Shown: positions 1-10,409, numbered from the stretch's first letter. The stretch: DNA of 64,000 bases from Parachlamydiales bacterium (GCA_963705295.1 OY970065.1:608001-672000); one strand, 5' to 3'. Numbers and translations: made by a program. Notes: generated from the sequence alone by a model not told the origin.

Positions 1-77
1 ACATTATAGAATTGAGGTTGGTATTGAGCAGCCCGTGCATCCCACTCGGGATTAGTTCCATGAATCAAATGTGACAT
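1..77 (-). CDS. N-terminal part of a hypothetical protein running off the window edge (MSHLIHGTNPEWDARAAQ...)
   Basis: ATG at 77 preceded by GAGGA and open to the window edge. Its upstream context mirrors that of 2758..3147, which is divergent from the second NB-ARC gene. Confidence 0.5.
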   Translation of the reverse strand, partial: MSHLIHGTNPEWDARAAQYQPQFYN

Positions 78-98
78 ACATCCTCGCGCTGATTTATA

Positions 99-279
99 TT
101 AACCCTCCACGCAAAAAAGAGACAACCTGCTGGCTGCACCCCCCCTGTCAGATAGGGGCAGATCGATCCTCCTCCTCGGCCTAGCCTCCGGCTATGACCC
201 TCGTCGGTCGGACCGCTGACGCTTCGATCTGACAGGGGTTCGCTTACGCATCTTGTCTCTTTTTTGCGTATCGGGTTAA
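99..279. repeat. Palindromic MITE-like element, copy 1
   Basis: Ends TTAACCC...GGGTTAA. Arm ACGCAAAAAAGAGACAA pairs with TTGTCTCTTTTTTGCGT. Inner stem CCCCTGTCAGAT/ATCTGACAGGGG. Motifs shared with 15618 and 54801. Confidence 0.8.
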
Positions 280-334
280 TTTAACATAATTTTAACATAA
301 AAGTTGAGTTGTTGTAATATATTTTCTGGTTTTT

Positions 335-2767
335 ATGCCGAGTATTCCGCCGCTGGATCCAAATTTCGAAACCTCTATCGAAGAATTATGCAAGCCACTT
401 CCCAAAAAGAAGCGGTTTTCTAAAAGATTTTTTTTGATCTTGATTCCGATTGTTGCAATTTTCATCCTAATAGTTTCTAGGAATCATGAAGTTTCTAAAC
501 CTTTAGTCTTTCTAAAAGGGCCATGTCCCGATTTTGTCGGAAGAAAAGAGATCTTGGATATTCTTTATCAAGATCTTCTCCAAGGGAAAACCAAAAAAGA
601 ATATCAACACTCTGCTTTAACCAAAGTCCTTAGGGGCATGGGAGGATACGGGAAGAGTGAAATAGCCATCGAATTCGCCAACCGGTATCTCTCTCAATTT
701 TCACTCATTTGGACATTCTATTGTGATAGCCAGGAACACATCGACCAAGGGTACCGTTTATTGGCGCAAAAATTGGGACTTCTCAATCCGGCGGAATCGT
801 TAGAAAAAGTTAAAGAAAGGGTTCATTTCTATCTGGAAAATGATGCCCATTCTTTGCCTTGGCTTCTCATTTACGATAATGTGGAAGAGGAATTTACCGA
901 TCTCCCGCAAAGAGGAGGAGTCGTTTTGATTACCTCTCAGAAAAAGATTTTGAATCCGGAATATCTCCTTGAAGTCACTCCTTTTAAGAAAAATGAAGCG
1001 ATCCAGCTTTTGGAAAAGATTACAGGTGAATCCCAGACTCCGATAATGGAAGAGCTTGTGAATGATTTAGAAGGAATTCCTCTACTCTTAAATTATGCAG
1101 CTCACTACATCAAAGCAACACCCGGTTGTGGTATCGACGACTATCAACAGATCTTTTTGTCTAATCTCCACCTTTATAACACGGGTGATGTCAATCAACG
1201 GTATCTCAAGAGTTTAGCAACCTCCTGGCAATTTCCTTTAAAAGCTTTGGAAAACAAAAATCCTGTAGCTTTAAAGTGGCTCTATGTTTGTAGCTACTTA
1301 TCTCCAGAATACATTCCCGAGTATTGGATCGATGGAAATCCCTCGAGTAAAAAGGAAATTCTTTCAGCGCTCCGCAATTTTGGAATCATCCGTTATGATG
1401 CCGAAACAAAAACTTTTTCCATCCATAGATTTTTCCAGTATATGATCCGTGAAAGTCGGAAAAATAATATCGAAGAAGACTTAACCCAGGCAGTTGAACT
1501 TCTTTCAAATCATGCAAAAGACTATAAATTTTCGGAACTATCAACTTGGGCTACCGGCAGACTCTGGTATCTCCATGCATGCGAAGTTGTAAAATGGTTT
1601 GAAAAGCTTAATTCAAAAACAATGAAACTCTCAGAAGCCCTTCTTTTTGATGGTATTGGGGAATGGTGTTCCTTTAATTCTCGCTACTCTGAAGCGGTTA
1701 GAACACAAGAAAAAGCTTTAGATTTAAGACTTTCCGTTTTACCCCCAAATGATCATAGCATAGGTAATAACTATGTCTGTTTGGCCTGGTCACTGATCAA
1801 TAGTTCTCGTTTTAAAGAAGCACTCGAACCTGCTGAAAAAGGGGAAGAAATATTAAAAAATGGAAGTTTTTTAGACTTTGCCGAAGCTCTTCATATCAAA
1901 GCCATGGTACTCCGATGTTTGGGTCGAGTAGAAGAAGCTATTGAATATAATTTAAAAGCCCTTTCTATACGACTGGAGGAAATGGGAATATTTGAATCTG
2001 ATTTCGAACAGGTTAATAAGAAAAGAAAAGAGGTCATTGCGCTGCGGGAATTGAACCGTTCCCACGAAGCCCTACTTTTGCATGAAAAAATTGTTGATAT
2101 TGGAAGAAGTCTTGGCAATCTAGGCCTTTGTTTTCATAAGATTGGAAAGCATCAAATAGCAGCAAAATATTTCGAAAATTGTGCTTCGATTTATGAATAT
2201 AATTGTGGTAAGACTCATCCCCTTTTTTCTCGTTCTTTAAGAAGCAGAGCTTGGAATTCCTTAGAACAAGGTCAATATGATTTAGCGCAAAAGTTTTTTG
2301 AACAAGCAATAACACTTCAGCAAAAAGATTCTGTAGAGATTGCCTATACATATAGTGGGTTGGGTTGGTGTTTTGTTTACAAGGGTGATTTTAAACAAGC
2401 CTTAAGATACTTCAAAAAGACTAGAAGTCTTTTAAAACATCATCCAGATGAATACCTTTTTCTTCAGGCAAAGGAAAAATTTTTCCGCGGTATGGGACTT
2501 TGTTATTTGAAATGCGGTCGCATTGAAAAGGGTTTAAAATATTTAGTTAAACAATTACGGAGAGCCAAAGAACTTTATGCAAATACACCCAACATGCTTC
2601 TTTATTTAGACGAATTTCATACTGATTTGAAAACAGCCCATAGCGCAACTTTAGAGCAGCTTCAAAAGGCTGCTACAGTCGGTTATCAAATAAGCCTTGA
2701 AACCTTAGGAGAGGGCCATCCTATAACGAAAGATCTCCACAATTTCCTGACTCAGAATTATACCTGA
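335..2767 (+). CDS. Membrane-anchored NB-ARC (STAND) NTPase with C-terminal TPR repeats
   Basis: N-terminal hydrophobic helix FFLILIPIVAIFILIV, FVGR motif, Walker A GMGGYGKS, Walker B WLLIYDNVE, GIPL motif, TPR-like repeats. Confidence 0.85.
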   Translation: MPSIPPLDPNFETSIEELCKPLPKKKRFSKRFFLILIPIVAIFILIVSRNHEVSKPLVFLKGPCPDFVGRKEILDILYQDLLQGKTKKEYQHSALTKVLRGMGGYGKSEIAIEFANRYLSQFSLIWTFYCDSQEHIDQGYRLLAQKLGLLNPAESLEKVKERVHFYLENDAHSLPWLLIYDNVEEEFTDLPQRGGVVLITSQKKILNPEYLLEVTPFKKNEAIQLLEKITGESQTPIMEELVNDLEGIPLLLNYAAHYIKATPGCGIDDYQQIFLSNLHLYNTGDVNQRYLKSLATSWQFPLKALENKNPVALKWLYVCSYLSPEYIPEYWIDGNPSSKKEILSALRNFGIIRYDAETKTFSIHRFFQYMIRESRKNNIEEDLTQAVELLSNHAKDYKFSELSTWATGRLWYLHACEVVKWFEKLNSKTMKLSEALLFDGIGEWCSFNSRYSEAVRTQEKALDLRLSVLPPNDHSIGNNYVCLAWSLINSSRFKEALEPAEKGEEILKNGSFLDFAEALHIKAMVLRCLGRVEEAIEYNLKALSIRLEEMGIFESDFEQVNKKRKEVIALRELNRSHEALLLHEKIVDIGRSLGNLGLCFHKIGKHQIAAKYFENCASIYEYNCGKTHPLFSRSLRSRAWNSLEQGQYDLAQKFFEQAITLQQKDSVEIAYTYSGLGWCFVYKGDFKQALRYFKKTRSLLKHHPDEYLFLQAKEKFFRGMGLCYLKCGRIEKGLKYLVKQLRRAKELYANTPNMLLYLDEFHTDLKTAHSATLEQLQKAATVGYQISLETLGEGHPITKDLHNFLTQNYT

Positions 2768-3147
2768 TTTAAAATTTGTTCTACCCTCTCAGCAAGAAGA
2801 AGATGAGAAGAATCTTTCAAAACAACGAATTGGCCAGGATGAATCAGTCCGGCATCCATTAATACCATACTAGGATTTTTAGATTTTTGTTCATTCAGTC
2901 GATTGGTATCCCCTAAATAGATAACCTGAATAGTTTTCCAGTCTTTTAGTTGGATTTCACCGCGACTTAGACCTTCTGCGATGCGGCCGAGGTTGTCGCC
3001 CTGTTGAACGATGCGAACATTGATATGATTTGCTAAGACTTTTGACCCGATATCAGCTGCAAGTTGTTTGGAAGCCTCTGGAGTCCAGTCTTTAGGATTG
3101 GTTTTCCTCACACTGTCTCCAATGTAGTTGATTGGCCTTGTAGACAT
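2758..3147 (-). CDS. Small LysM-like domain protein
   Basis: IVQQGDNLGRIA ... LIHPGQFVVL resembles both ends of the LysM consensus with an enlarged middle. GGAGG RBS upstream. Confidence 0.55.
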   Translation of the reverse strand: MSTRPINYIGDSVRKTNPKDWTPEASKQLAADIGSKVLANHINVRIVQQGDNLGRIAEGLSRGEIQLKDWKTIQVIYLGDTNRLNEQKSKNPSMVLMDAGLIHPGQFVVLKDSSHLLLAERVEQILNQV

Positions 3148-3212
3148 AATTCCTCCGCTTTAACAAAGTTTTAACATAAAAGTAGAATTATTGTATTATA
3201 CCTTCTGATTTT

Positions 3213-5675
3213 ATGCCGAGTATTCCGCCGCTGGATCCAAATTTCGAAACCTCTATCGAAGAATTATGCCAGCCCCTTCCCAAAAAGAAGCGGGTTTTGA
3301 AAAGGTTTTTTTTACTTTTTGTCCCGATCGTTGTTATTTTTACCATTTTACTTTGCACGAAACATGAAATTTCTAAACCTTTGGTTTTTCTAAAAGGTCC
3401 GTGTCCTGATTTTGTTGGAAGAAAAGAGATTTTGGATATTCTTTATCAAGATCTTCTCCGAGGGAAAACAAAAAAAGAATATCACCACGCTGCTTTAATC
3501 AAGGTCCTCTGGGGAATGGGAGGCTATGGGAAGAGTGAAATAGCCATCGAATTTGCCAACCGGTATCTCGCTCAATTTTCCCTGATTTGGACTTTCTATT
3601 GCGATAGCCAGGAGCATATCGACCAAGGGTATCGTTTATTGGCGCAAAAATTGGAACTTCTCAATCCAGGTGAGTCGTTAGAAAAAGTCAAAGAAAGGGT
3701 TCATTTCTATCTAGAAAATGAATCTCAATCTCTGCCTTGGCTCTTAATTTACGATAATGTGGAAGAGGAATTTACCGATCTCCCGCAAAGAGGAGGAGTT
3801 GTTTTGATTACCTCTCAGAAAAAGATTTTAAATCCGGAATACCTTCTTGAAGTCACTCCCTTTCAGAAAAATGAAGCGATTCAGCTTTTGGAAAAGATTA
3901 CGGGAGAATCGCTGAGTCCCATGATGGAAGAGCTTGTGAATGATTTAGAAGGGATTCCTCTACTCTTAAATTATGCGGCTCACTACATTAAAGCAACTCC
4001 GGGCTGCGATATTGAAGACTATCAACAGATCTTTTCCTCAAATCTTCCTTTATGGAATCACATCGATGTTAATCAGCGGTATCTAAAGAGTTTAGCGACC
4101 TCTTGGCAATTTCCTTTAAAAACTTTGGAAAAGGTCAGCCCACTGGCTTTGAAATGGCTCTATGTTTGTAGTTATTTATCTCCAGAATATATTCCTGAAT
4201 ATTGGATCGATGGAGAGGCACGCATTAAAAAAGACATTCTATCTGCTCTATGTAATTTTGGAATTGTACGGTACGATGCCGAAACAGAAACTTTTTCTAT
4301 CCATCGATTTTTTCAATATATGATCCGTGAAAGTCGGAAAAACTATCTAGAAGAAGATCTGAAGCAAGCTGTAGAGCTCCTTGCAAAGCATGCAAGGGAT
4401 TATAAGTTTTCAGATTTCTCGACTTGGAACCAGGGACGTCTGTGGTATCTCCATGCGACAGAACTTTTAAAAAGATTAGTCTCTTCCTCTGTACATCATT
4501 CCCTTACGCTCGAAAAAGCCCACCTGTTTGAAGGAATCGGAGAATGGTGCGCTTTTAATTTCCGTTTTGAGGAAGCGGTTCATGCTCACCAGAATGCCCT
4601 TCAATTACGAAAATCTTCACTACCAGAAAATGACATCGATATCGGTCTTAGCCATGCGAGATTAGGCTGGGCTCTCTATAATGCTTCTCGTTTTGAAGAG
4701 GCACTTCAAGCATGTCAAAATGCTCTCCAAATTTTACCACGCTATTCTGATCACCGAAATTGGGTTGCAATAATATTTAACATCAAGGGACTAACCTTGG
4801 GTGATCTTGGGGAATATGAAGAGTCTCTGAGGTGCCATTTGAAAGCTCTGGATATTCGTCTCAAGATTTTAGATATTCCAAACTTGGAGAATGACATCAT
4901 TGTAAATGCGTTAATAAAAATAAGGGAAAAAGTGATCGATCTCCGGCGATCCCAACAGTTATCAGAAGCTCTTCAATTGCATGAGAGGATTGTCGATGTT
5001 GCTAGAAGTTTGAACAATATAGGCCGTTGTTACGGTTATTTAAAAAAATATGCGCTGGCTTCAGAATTTCTCGATAGCGCACTTCAAGTCTATGAAAAGA
5101 ATTGTGGGAAGGAACATCCTTTATATTCGAGAACTCTGAGAACCAAAGGTTTTGAACTTATAGAACAAGGAAAATATTCCCAAGCTTTAAAAATTTTTGA
5201 ACAAACACTATCGATCGGTGTTCCTAAGACGGGTAAAAATTTCGCGGAGTTGAGTTATTCATGGATTGGGATTGGTTGGTCGCATTTTTACCAAAAGAAT
5301 TACAAAAAGGCTTCAACTGCTTTCAAAAATGCTCGGAACATTATGAAAGATCATAATGAAAAAATTCTCTATGAAATCAAATGTTATAGGGGTCTTTGTT
5401 TGAGTTATTTGAAAACAGGACATATCGATAAAGGTCTAAAATATTTAACTCAATGGATTGAAAGATGTTCCACGGTTTTTCGAACCTCTCCAAAAATGGA
5501 GAATTGTTTTAAAGAATTTCTAGAAGCATTGAATGAAGCCAAGGCAGCTGGAGCTACAAAAGAACAACTCACCGGACCCTTGGTCTTAGGGCAAAAACTG
5601 TGTCAAGAGGCTTTTGGAAAAGACCACAATTTAACATTTCAGCTATCTGAACAGCATTTAGGGCAGCCCCTTTGA
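3213..5675 (+). CDS. Membrane-anchored NB-ARC/TPR protein, paralog of 335..2767
   Basis: Near-identical N-terminal/NB-ARC half (GMGGYGKS, WLLIYDNVE) with a diverged TPR half. Confidence 0.85.
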   Translation: MPSIPPLDPNFETSIEELCQPLPKKKRVLKRFFLLFVPIVVIFTILLCTKHEISKPLVFLKGPCPDFVGRKEILDILYQDLLRGKTKKEYHHAALIKVLWGMGGYGKSEIAIEFANRYLAQFSLIWTFYCDSQEHIDQGYRLLAQKLELLNPGESLEKVKERVHFYLENESQSLPWLLIYDNVEEEFTDLPQRGGVVLITSQKKILNPEYLLEVTPFQKNEAIQLLEKITGESLSPMMEELVNDLEGIPLLLNYAAHYIKATPGCDIEDYQQIFSSNLPLWNHIDVNQRYLKSLATSWQFPLKTLEKVSPLALKWLYVCSYLSPEYIPEYWIDGEARIKKDILSALCNFGIVRYDAETETFSIHRFFQYMIRESRKNYLEEDLKQAVELLAKHARDYKFSDFSTWNQGRLWYLHATELLKRLVSSSVHHSLTLEKAHLFEGIGEWCAFNFRFEEAVHAHQNALQLRKSSLPENDIDIGLSHARLGWALYNASRFEEALQACQNALQILPRYSDHRNWVAIIFNIKGLTLGDLGEYEESLRCHLKALDIRLKILDIPNLENDIIVNALIKIREKVIDLRRSQQLSEALQLHERIVDVARSLNNIGRCYGYLKKYALASEFLDSALQVYEKNCGKEHPLYSRTLRTKGFELIEQGKYSQALKIFEQTLSIGVPKTGKNFAELSYSWIGIGWSHFYQKNYKKASTAFKNARNIMKDHNEKILYEIKCYRGLCLSYLKTGHIDKGLKYLTQWIERCSTVFRTSPKMENCFKEFLEALNEAKAAGATKEQLTGPLVLGQKLCQEAFGKDHNLTFQLSEQHLGQPL

Positions 5676-6621
5676 GAAGTTGATCGCCAACGATCCAGAA
5701 TTCGAGGGTATTCGGATGGGAAATATCGGCTCGGATCCGGCCGACAAAAACATCATCTTTGCCGGAGGCATCGAGAGGCATGGGAAACCGGTTTTGCTCC
5801 CAATCCTCTAGGAGGGTGACTCCAGGAGCACTGAGGAGGATGTCTTTAGCCATTTCTGGAGAGATGGGATGGTTGAATTCGACATTGAGTGCCATAGCAT
5901 GGGCTCTTAAAATGGGGACACGGACGCACGTCATCGTCATGCGAAGATGGCCATCTTCTAAAATCTTTCTCGTTTCATCTAAAACTTTGTTTTCTTCTTC
6001 ATTATAACCCGAAGGTGTCATGGGGGCGTTGTGAGAAAAGAGATTAAACGCATAAGGATGGGGCATGATGGTTCTGTTATACGGTTTTTGTTGGAGGAGA
6101 GCCAGAGTCTCTTCTTGGAGCTCTTGCATGGCCTTAAAACCGGCTCCGCTGGCAGCTTGATAGGTTGCTCCAACGATACGGCGAATTTTAAATTTTTTAT
6201 GGAGGGGAGCCAGGGGCATCAGCAGAATGGAGGCGACACAATTGGGTGAGGCAATAACCCCTCGGTGGTGCTCTAGGGCATGCGGATTGACTTCAGGGAT
6301 AACTAGGGGGACATCGGAATGGAGCCGGAAAGCTGAGCTACTATCGATGACCAGAGACCCTTCCTCGACGGCTCGTGGGACAAAAGTTGAAGAAATTCCT
6401 TTCCCGGCACAAAAAAAAGTGACATCAAGCCCCCTGAAACACCCCGGGGAAAGAGATTCGATGGGAATAGAATTTTCTTTAAATAAGAGGATTTTTCCCT
6501 CGGATTGAGGCGAGGCAAAAAGTCGGAGGTTTTTAATGGGAAAATTCCTTTTTGCCAGAACTTGGAGCATTTCCTGCCCAACAGCCCCCGTAGCCCCGAC
6601 AATTGCTATTCTTGACCCCAT
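5569..6621 (-). CDS. asd: Aspartate-semialdehyde dehydrogenase
   Basis: GATGAVG, IASPNC catalytic Cys, YQAASGAG, CVRVP, DQLLKGAALNAVQIAE. Confidence 0.95.
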   Translation of the reverse strand: MGSRIAIVGATGAVGQEMLQVLAKRNFPIKNLRLFASPQSEGKILLFKENSIPIESLSPGCFRGLDVTFFCAGKGISSTFVPRAVEEGSLVIDSSSAFRLHSDVPLVIPEVNPHALEHHRGVIASPNCVASILLMPLAPLHKKFKIRRIVGATYQAASGAGFKAMQELQEETLALLQQKPYNRTIMPHPYAFNLFSHNAPMTPSGYNEEENKVLDETRKILEDGHLRMTMTCVRVPILRAHAMALNVEFNHPISPEMAKDILLSAPGVTLLEDWEQNRFPMPLDASGKDDVFVGRIRADISHPNTLEFWIVGDQLLKGAALNAVQIAEMLNCGLFQKPLDTVFALRPRVR

Positions 6622-6661
6622 AGCTTATTAATTTAACTTGGCATATCATTAAAGTACTAGT

Positions 6662-7240
6662 ATGCAAGCAAAAATTTTGAGAGCTGTCGATGATGGGGTT
6701 CGAGCGATTGAGTTCCTCAAACGGCCGGAGAGTCTTTCGTTTATTCAAAGTGCTGCCAAGATCATTGCCGATGGCTTTCGACGGGGGAATAAACTGTTGA
6801 TTGCAGGCAATGGGGGAAGCCTTTGTGATGCGATGCATTTTGCCGAAGAGTTGACAGGAGTTTTTCGGCACCACCGGAAAGCACTTCCGGCAATTGCTCT
6901 TTCCGATCCAGGTCATTTAACCTGTACGGCCAATGATTTGGGGTATGAAGGGGTTTTTGCAAGAGCTGTTGAGGCTCTGGGCCGTGAAGGAGATATTTTT
7001 GTTTCCCTGACGACAAGCGGCAATTCTTCGAATCTTCTCAAAGCCGTTCCAACGGCCAAAGCGATGGGGTTGAAAACCATTTCTTTTCTTGGGAAAACCG
7101 GTGGAAAGATGAAAGGACTTTCCGATTTAGAATGGGTGATCGATGGTTTTTCGTATTCGGATCGGATCCAAGAAGCCCATATGACTGCGATCCACATCAT
7201 CATCGAAATGATTGAACACGAGCTTTTTGATGCAACTTGA
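6662..7240 (+). CDS. gmhA: D-sedoheptulose 7-phosphate isomerase
   Basis: GNGGS, DAMHFAEEL, TSGNS, RIQEAH. Confidence 0.95.
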   Translation: MQAKILRAVDDGVRAIEFLKRPESLSFIQSAAKIIADGFRRGNKLLIAGNGGSLCDAMHFAEELTGVFRHHRKALPAIALSDPGHLTCTANDLGYEGVFARAVEALGREGDIFVSLTTSGNSSNLLKAVPTAKAMGLKTISFLGKTGGKMKGLSDLEWVIDGFSYSDRIQEAHMTAIHIIIEMIEHELFDAT

Positions 7241-8243
7241 AGCCTTTATTTTAGATGTCATGGAGGATCGGCGCCGAGGAAAATCGGTGCTCCATTTTCT
7301 CAGCTATCTGTATCAAGGCGGTATTGCTCTGAGGAATCGATTCTATGATCGAGGTTGGATTAAAAGTGTCGACATCGGACTTCCTGTCGTGAGTGTGGGA
7401 AATATCGTTGCAGGTGGGACTGGAAAGACTCCTCTCGTCAAATTGCTGGCCGAGATATTTCAGGAAACAGGGAAGGTTGCTATTCTCTCGAGAGGTTATA
7501 AGTCTGAAGCAGAAAGACGGGGTGAGACGATGCTGGTTTCATCAGAAGCGGACGTTTTCCAATGTGGAGATGAGCCGTTTTGGCTATCCAGTCAACTTCC
7601 GCGGGTGCAGGTTTGGGTCGGAAAAAATAGGATTGTATCGGCTTTTAGGGCCAAGCAGGACGGATGCGACTTAATTATCTTAGACGACGGAATGCAGCAC
7701 CGGGCCCTCAAAAGAGATTTTGAAATTGTCGTCGTCGATGGAAAAGACCCGTTTGGGAAAGGTTTTTTTCTCCCAAGAGGATTTCTGCGGGACTCTCCAG
7801 ATCGTCTGAAGAACGCCGATCTCATTGTGGTGATCGAACCGACTCCGGAGATCGAGAAAAAGATTCGGATGTACACGGATGCTCCTATGGTTTTCATGCA
7901 AATAAAAACCCCGGTGAAACTCCAAGGAAAAAAAGTCGGAGTCTTTTGTGCGATCGGCCGTCCGGAGAGATTTTTAAAAACCGTTCAGGAGGCAGGTGGT
8001 GAAGTTATTGCTTCCTTTTTCAAACCCGATCATGATCGTTTTCATCCTGAAGAACTGTTCCGCTTTGCTGAAAAATCAAAAGCCGACATGCTTCTTTGTA
8101 CAGAAAAAGATTATGTGAAGATACCTGTGAATTTCTCTTGCGGTATCCCTTTGCAGCGGATTCCAAGTCAGTTAAAAATCATGCAAGGTGAAGAGACTTG
8201 GGAAAAATTTTTAACAACCATTCAAAAAAGAATAAAAAAATGA
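7230..8243 (+). CDS. lpxK: Tetraacyldisaccharide 4'-kinase
   Basis: SVGNIVAGGTGKTP, LSRGY, GDEP, LDDGMQH, CTEKD. ATG at 7230 chosen as start. Confidence 0.95.
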   Translation: MQLEAFILDVMEDRRRGKSVLHFLSYLYQGGIALRNRFYDRGWIKSVDIGLPVVSVGNIVAGGTGKTPLVKLLAEIFQETGKVAILSRGYKSEAERRGETMLVSSEADVFQCGDEPFWLSSQLPRVQVWVGKNRIVSAFRAKQDGCDLIILDDGMQHRALKRDFEIVVVDGKDPFGKGFFLPRGFLRDSPDRLKNADLIVVIEPTPEIEKKIRMYTDAPMVFMQIKTPVKLQGKKVGVFCAIGRPERFLKTVQEAGGEVIASFFKPDHDRFHPEELFRFAEKSKADMLLCTEKDYVKIPVNFSCGIPLQRIPSQLKIMQGEETWEKFLTTIQKRIKK

Positions 8244-9406
8244 CGGAAGAATATCAAATTGCACTCCCAAAACTTGGCGAAAGTATCGTCAGTGCGACGA
8301 TTGTCCAGTGGTTTAAAAAAGAAGGGGACCAGGTCAACCAAGATGAACCTCTATTAGAAGTTTCTACGGACAAGGTAAATAGCGAAATTCCATCCCCTGT
8401 CTCGGGTATCATTCAGAAAATTTTAGCAAAGCCTGATCAAGAGCTTCAAGTCGGAGAGTCTCTTGCCATTATCCAGGTCCACAAAGCCCCTTCTGAGAAA
8501 ATGATTTCGATGCCGAAAAAAGAAGCCCCTATTACAACTGGGACGACCGAAATGCGCGATTTTTTCTCTCCGGCCCTCCTTCGCTTGGCAAGAGAAAACA
8601 ATATTTCTCTCGATGAACTTGAAAAAATCCCCGCAACCGGTGCAGGCGGCCGCCTCACGAAACGTGACCTTGAACTGTATATCGAGAACAAAGTTCCTCA
8701 TGCCAATAAGCCGTGTCCCATGATCGAACGGGTCAAAATGACCGGCATGAGGAAAGCCATTGCAGATAACATGGTGAAGTCGTTTTATGAAGCACCTCAT
8801 GCCACCTTAGTGACAGAGGTGGATATCACCTCTGTTGTAAAGCTCATCCAAAAAGAGAAAGAGGCATTTTTATCCCACCATGGAGCAAAACTCACGATCA
8901 CGAGTTTTGTTGCCCGGGCGATTGCCCAAGCTCTCCGTGAATTCCCTTTCCTCAATTCATCGCTCGAAGATGACACGATCGTCGTCAAACGGTTTGTCAA
9001 CCTCGGCATCGCCGTCAGCGTCGAGCAAGGAATCATGGTTCCCGTGATCAAGAATTGTCAATCACTCGGCATTCCAGAGCTCGCAAAAACTGTAGCTGAT
9101 CTTTCCGTGCGTGCCCGCACGGGCAAGCTGACACCGGATGATGTCAAAGAGGGAACCATCACCCTCACCAATTTTGGGATTTCCGGCGTGACGATGGGTA
9201 TCCCTATCATCCGGTATCCAGAAGTCGCGATTCTTGGTCTCGGCGCCATCCAAAAGAAAGTCGTTGCACTCGATGACGACACCTTCGCCATTCGGTCTGT
9301 CATGTACGTCTCCCTCACCTTCGATCACCGCGTCATCGATGGGATGTACGGCTGCGGATTTTTGAACTCTCTGAAGGAACACCTCGAAAAAGAAGCTATC
9401 TTATAA
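8240..9406 (+). CDS. Dihydrolipoamide acyltransferase (E2 of a 2-oxoacid dehydrogenase complex)
   Basis: Lipoyl motif EVSTDKVNSEIPSP, E3-binding GAGGRLTKRD, catalytic FDHRVIDG. Confidence 0.92.
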   Translation: MTEEYQIALPKLGESIVSATIVQWFKKEGDQVNQDEPLLEVSTDKVNSEIPSPVSGIIQKILAKPDQELQVGESLAIIQVHKAPSEKMISMPKKEAPITTGTTEMRDFFSPALLRLARENNISLDELEKIPATGAGGRLTKRDLELYIENKVPHANKPCPMIERVKMTGMRKAIADNMVKSFYEAPHATLVTEVDITSVVKLIQKEKEAFLSHHGAKLTITSFVARAIAQALREFPFLNSSLEDDTIVVKRFVNLGIAVSVEQGIMVPVIKNCQSLGIPELAKTVADLSVRARTGKLTPDDVKEGTITLTNFGISGVTMGIPIIRYPEVAILGLGAIQKKVVALDDDTFAIRSVMYVSLTFDHRVIDGMYGCGFLNSLKEHLEKEAIL

Positions 9407-10409
9407 GCTCGACCGCTCGCATAATGTCTTCGATCGGAATGAGATTAGAAAAGAGAGCATCTGCTTGGGCTCCGTTGATAATCGTTTGAATGGAAGTAAG
9501 TCGAGGGTCTTTATAAACTCTTACATTCTGATAATGTTTCATTGCCGGGACCGTCACATTAAATGTATTGGGATAACAAACAAGACCTTCCCCGATACAT
9601 TTACCCGTGGTACCCAATAAACTTAAAAATCGAGATAATAATTCTTGGGCTTCCTTAGTCTCGGCTTTTGAATTTGTCAGTGTTAGGACATAGAGCTCTT
9701 TTTCTTCATCCAAATCTTTACAGAAGATAATGCTACCGACACGTTGATGATTACGGGACAAGATGATTTGCTCACTGTAAATGCTCACCGTTATAAAAAG
9801 TCTAAGAACTGTAGAACCGTCTTGCCCTTCCCAGAGAAGGCAGGGTGTCTGGTGCTGCATGAGTTGTTTTTTATAAAAAGCATATCTCTCTCGGCCTGAT
9901 TTTAGTTGAAGTTGACGTACTGTTTCCGAAGACAAGAGAGGAACTTTCCGGATTTTTTGAACGATATATTTAAAAATGAGAGCGGCGATTAAAACGCATT
10001 TTCGGACCGTCCATTTCTCCTTTAAGAATTTTGCATTCACTCTCTGGAACATCTCATTTCTAACTTTGACGACTTTCTCAACGTTTTCCAAAGCACGGAT
10101 GAGGTCATCGGTTTGTTTCTCGGGGAGTTCATGAATTTTTCCTTCAAGAACCTTCTGAATATCGGGGGCATGTGGTTGAAGAATCAGCCCGATGCATTGG
10201 TTAATAATCGTATCGATACCGATGCGCAGCGTATGAAAACCCCAGGGGCCGTATCCAAAAAAATGTTGGATTCGATCCCATCTCTTAAAAGAGGCACGAA
10301 CCGCCGATTTCTCAGATAAATCAATTCTCTCGTGATCGATACGGATCCAATTAGCTGGGATGAGTGAAACGGTATCTCGGAGTTGATAGAGGATAGACAT
10401 GATTCTCAA
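9396..10409 (-). CDS. Hypothetical protein
   Basis: 337-aa ORF abutting icd, with no recognised motif. Confidence 0.6.
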   Translation of the reverse strand: MRIMSILYQLRDTVSLIPANWIRIDHERIDLSEKSAVRASFKRWDRIQHFFGYGPWGFHTLRIGIDTIINQCIGLILQPHAPDIQKVLEGKIHELPEKQTDDLIRALENVEKVVKVRNEMFQRVNAKFLKEKWTVRKCVLIAALIFKYIVQKIRKVPLLSSETVRQLQLKSGRERYAFYKKQLMQHQTPCLLWEGQDGSTVLRLFITVSIYSEQIILSRNHQRVGSIIFCKDLDEEKELYVLTLTNSKAETKEAQELLSRFLSLLGTTGKCIGEGLVCYPNTFNVTVPAMKHYQNVRVYKDPRLTSIQTIINGAQADALFSNLIPIEDIMRAVELIR

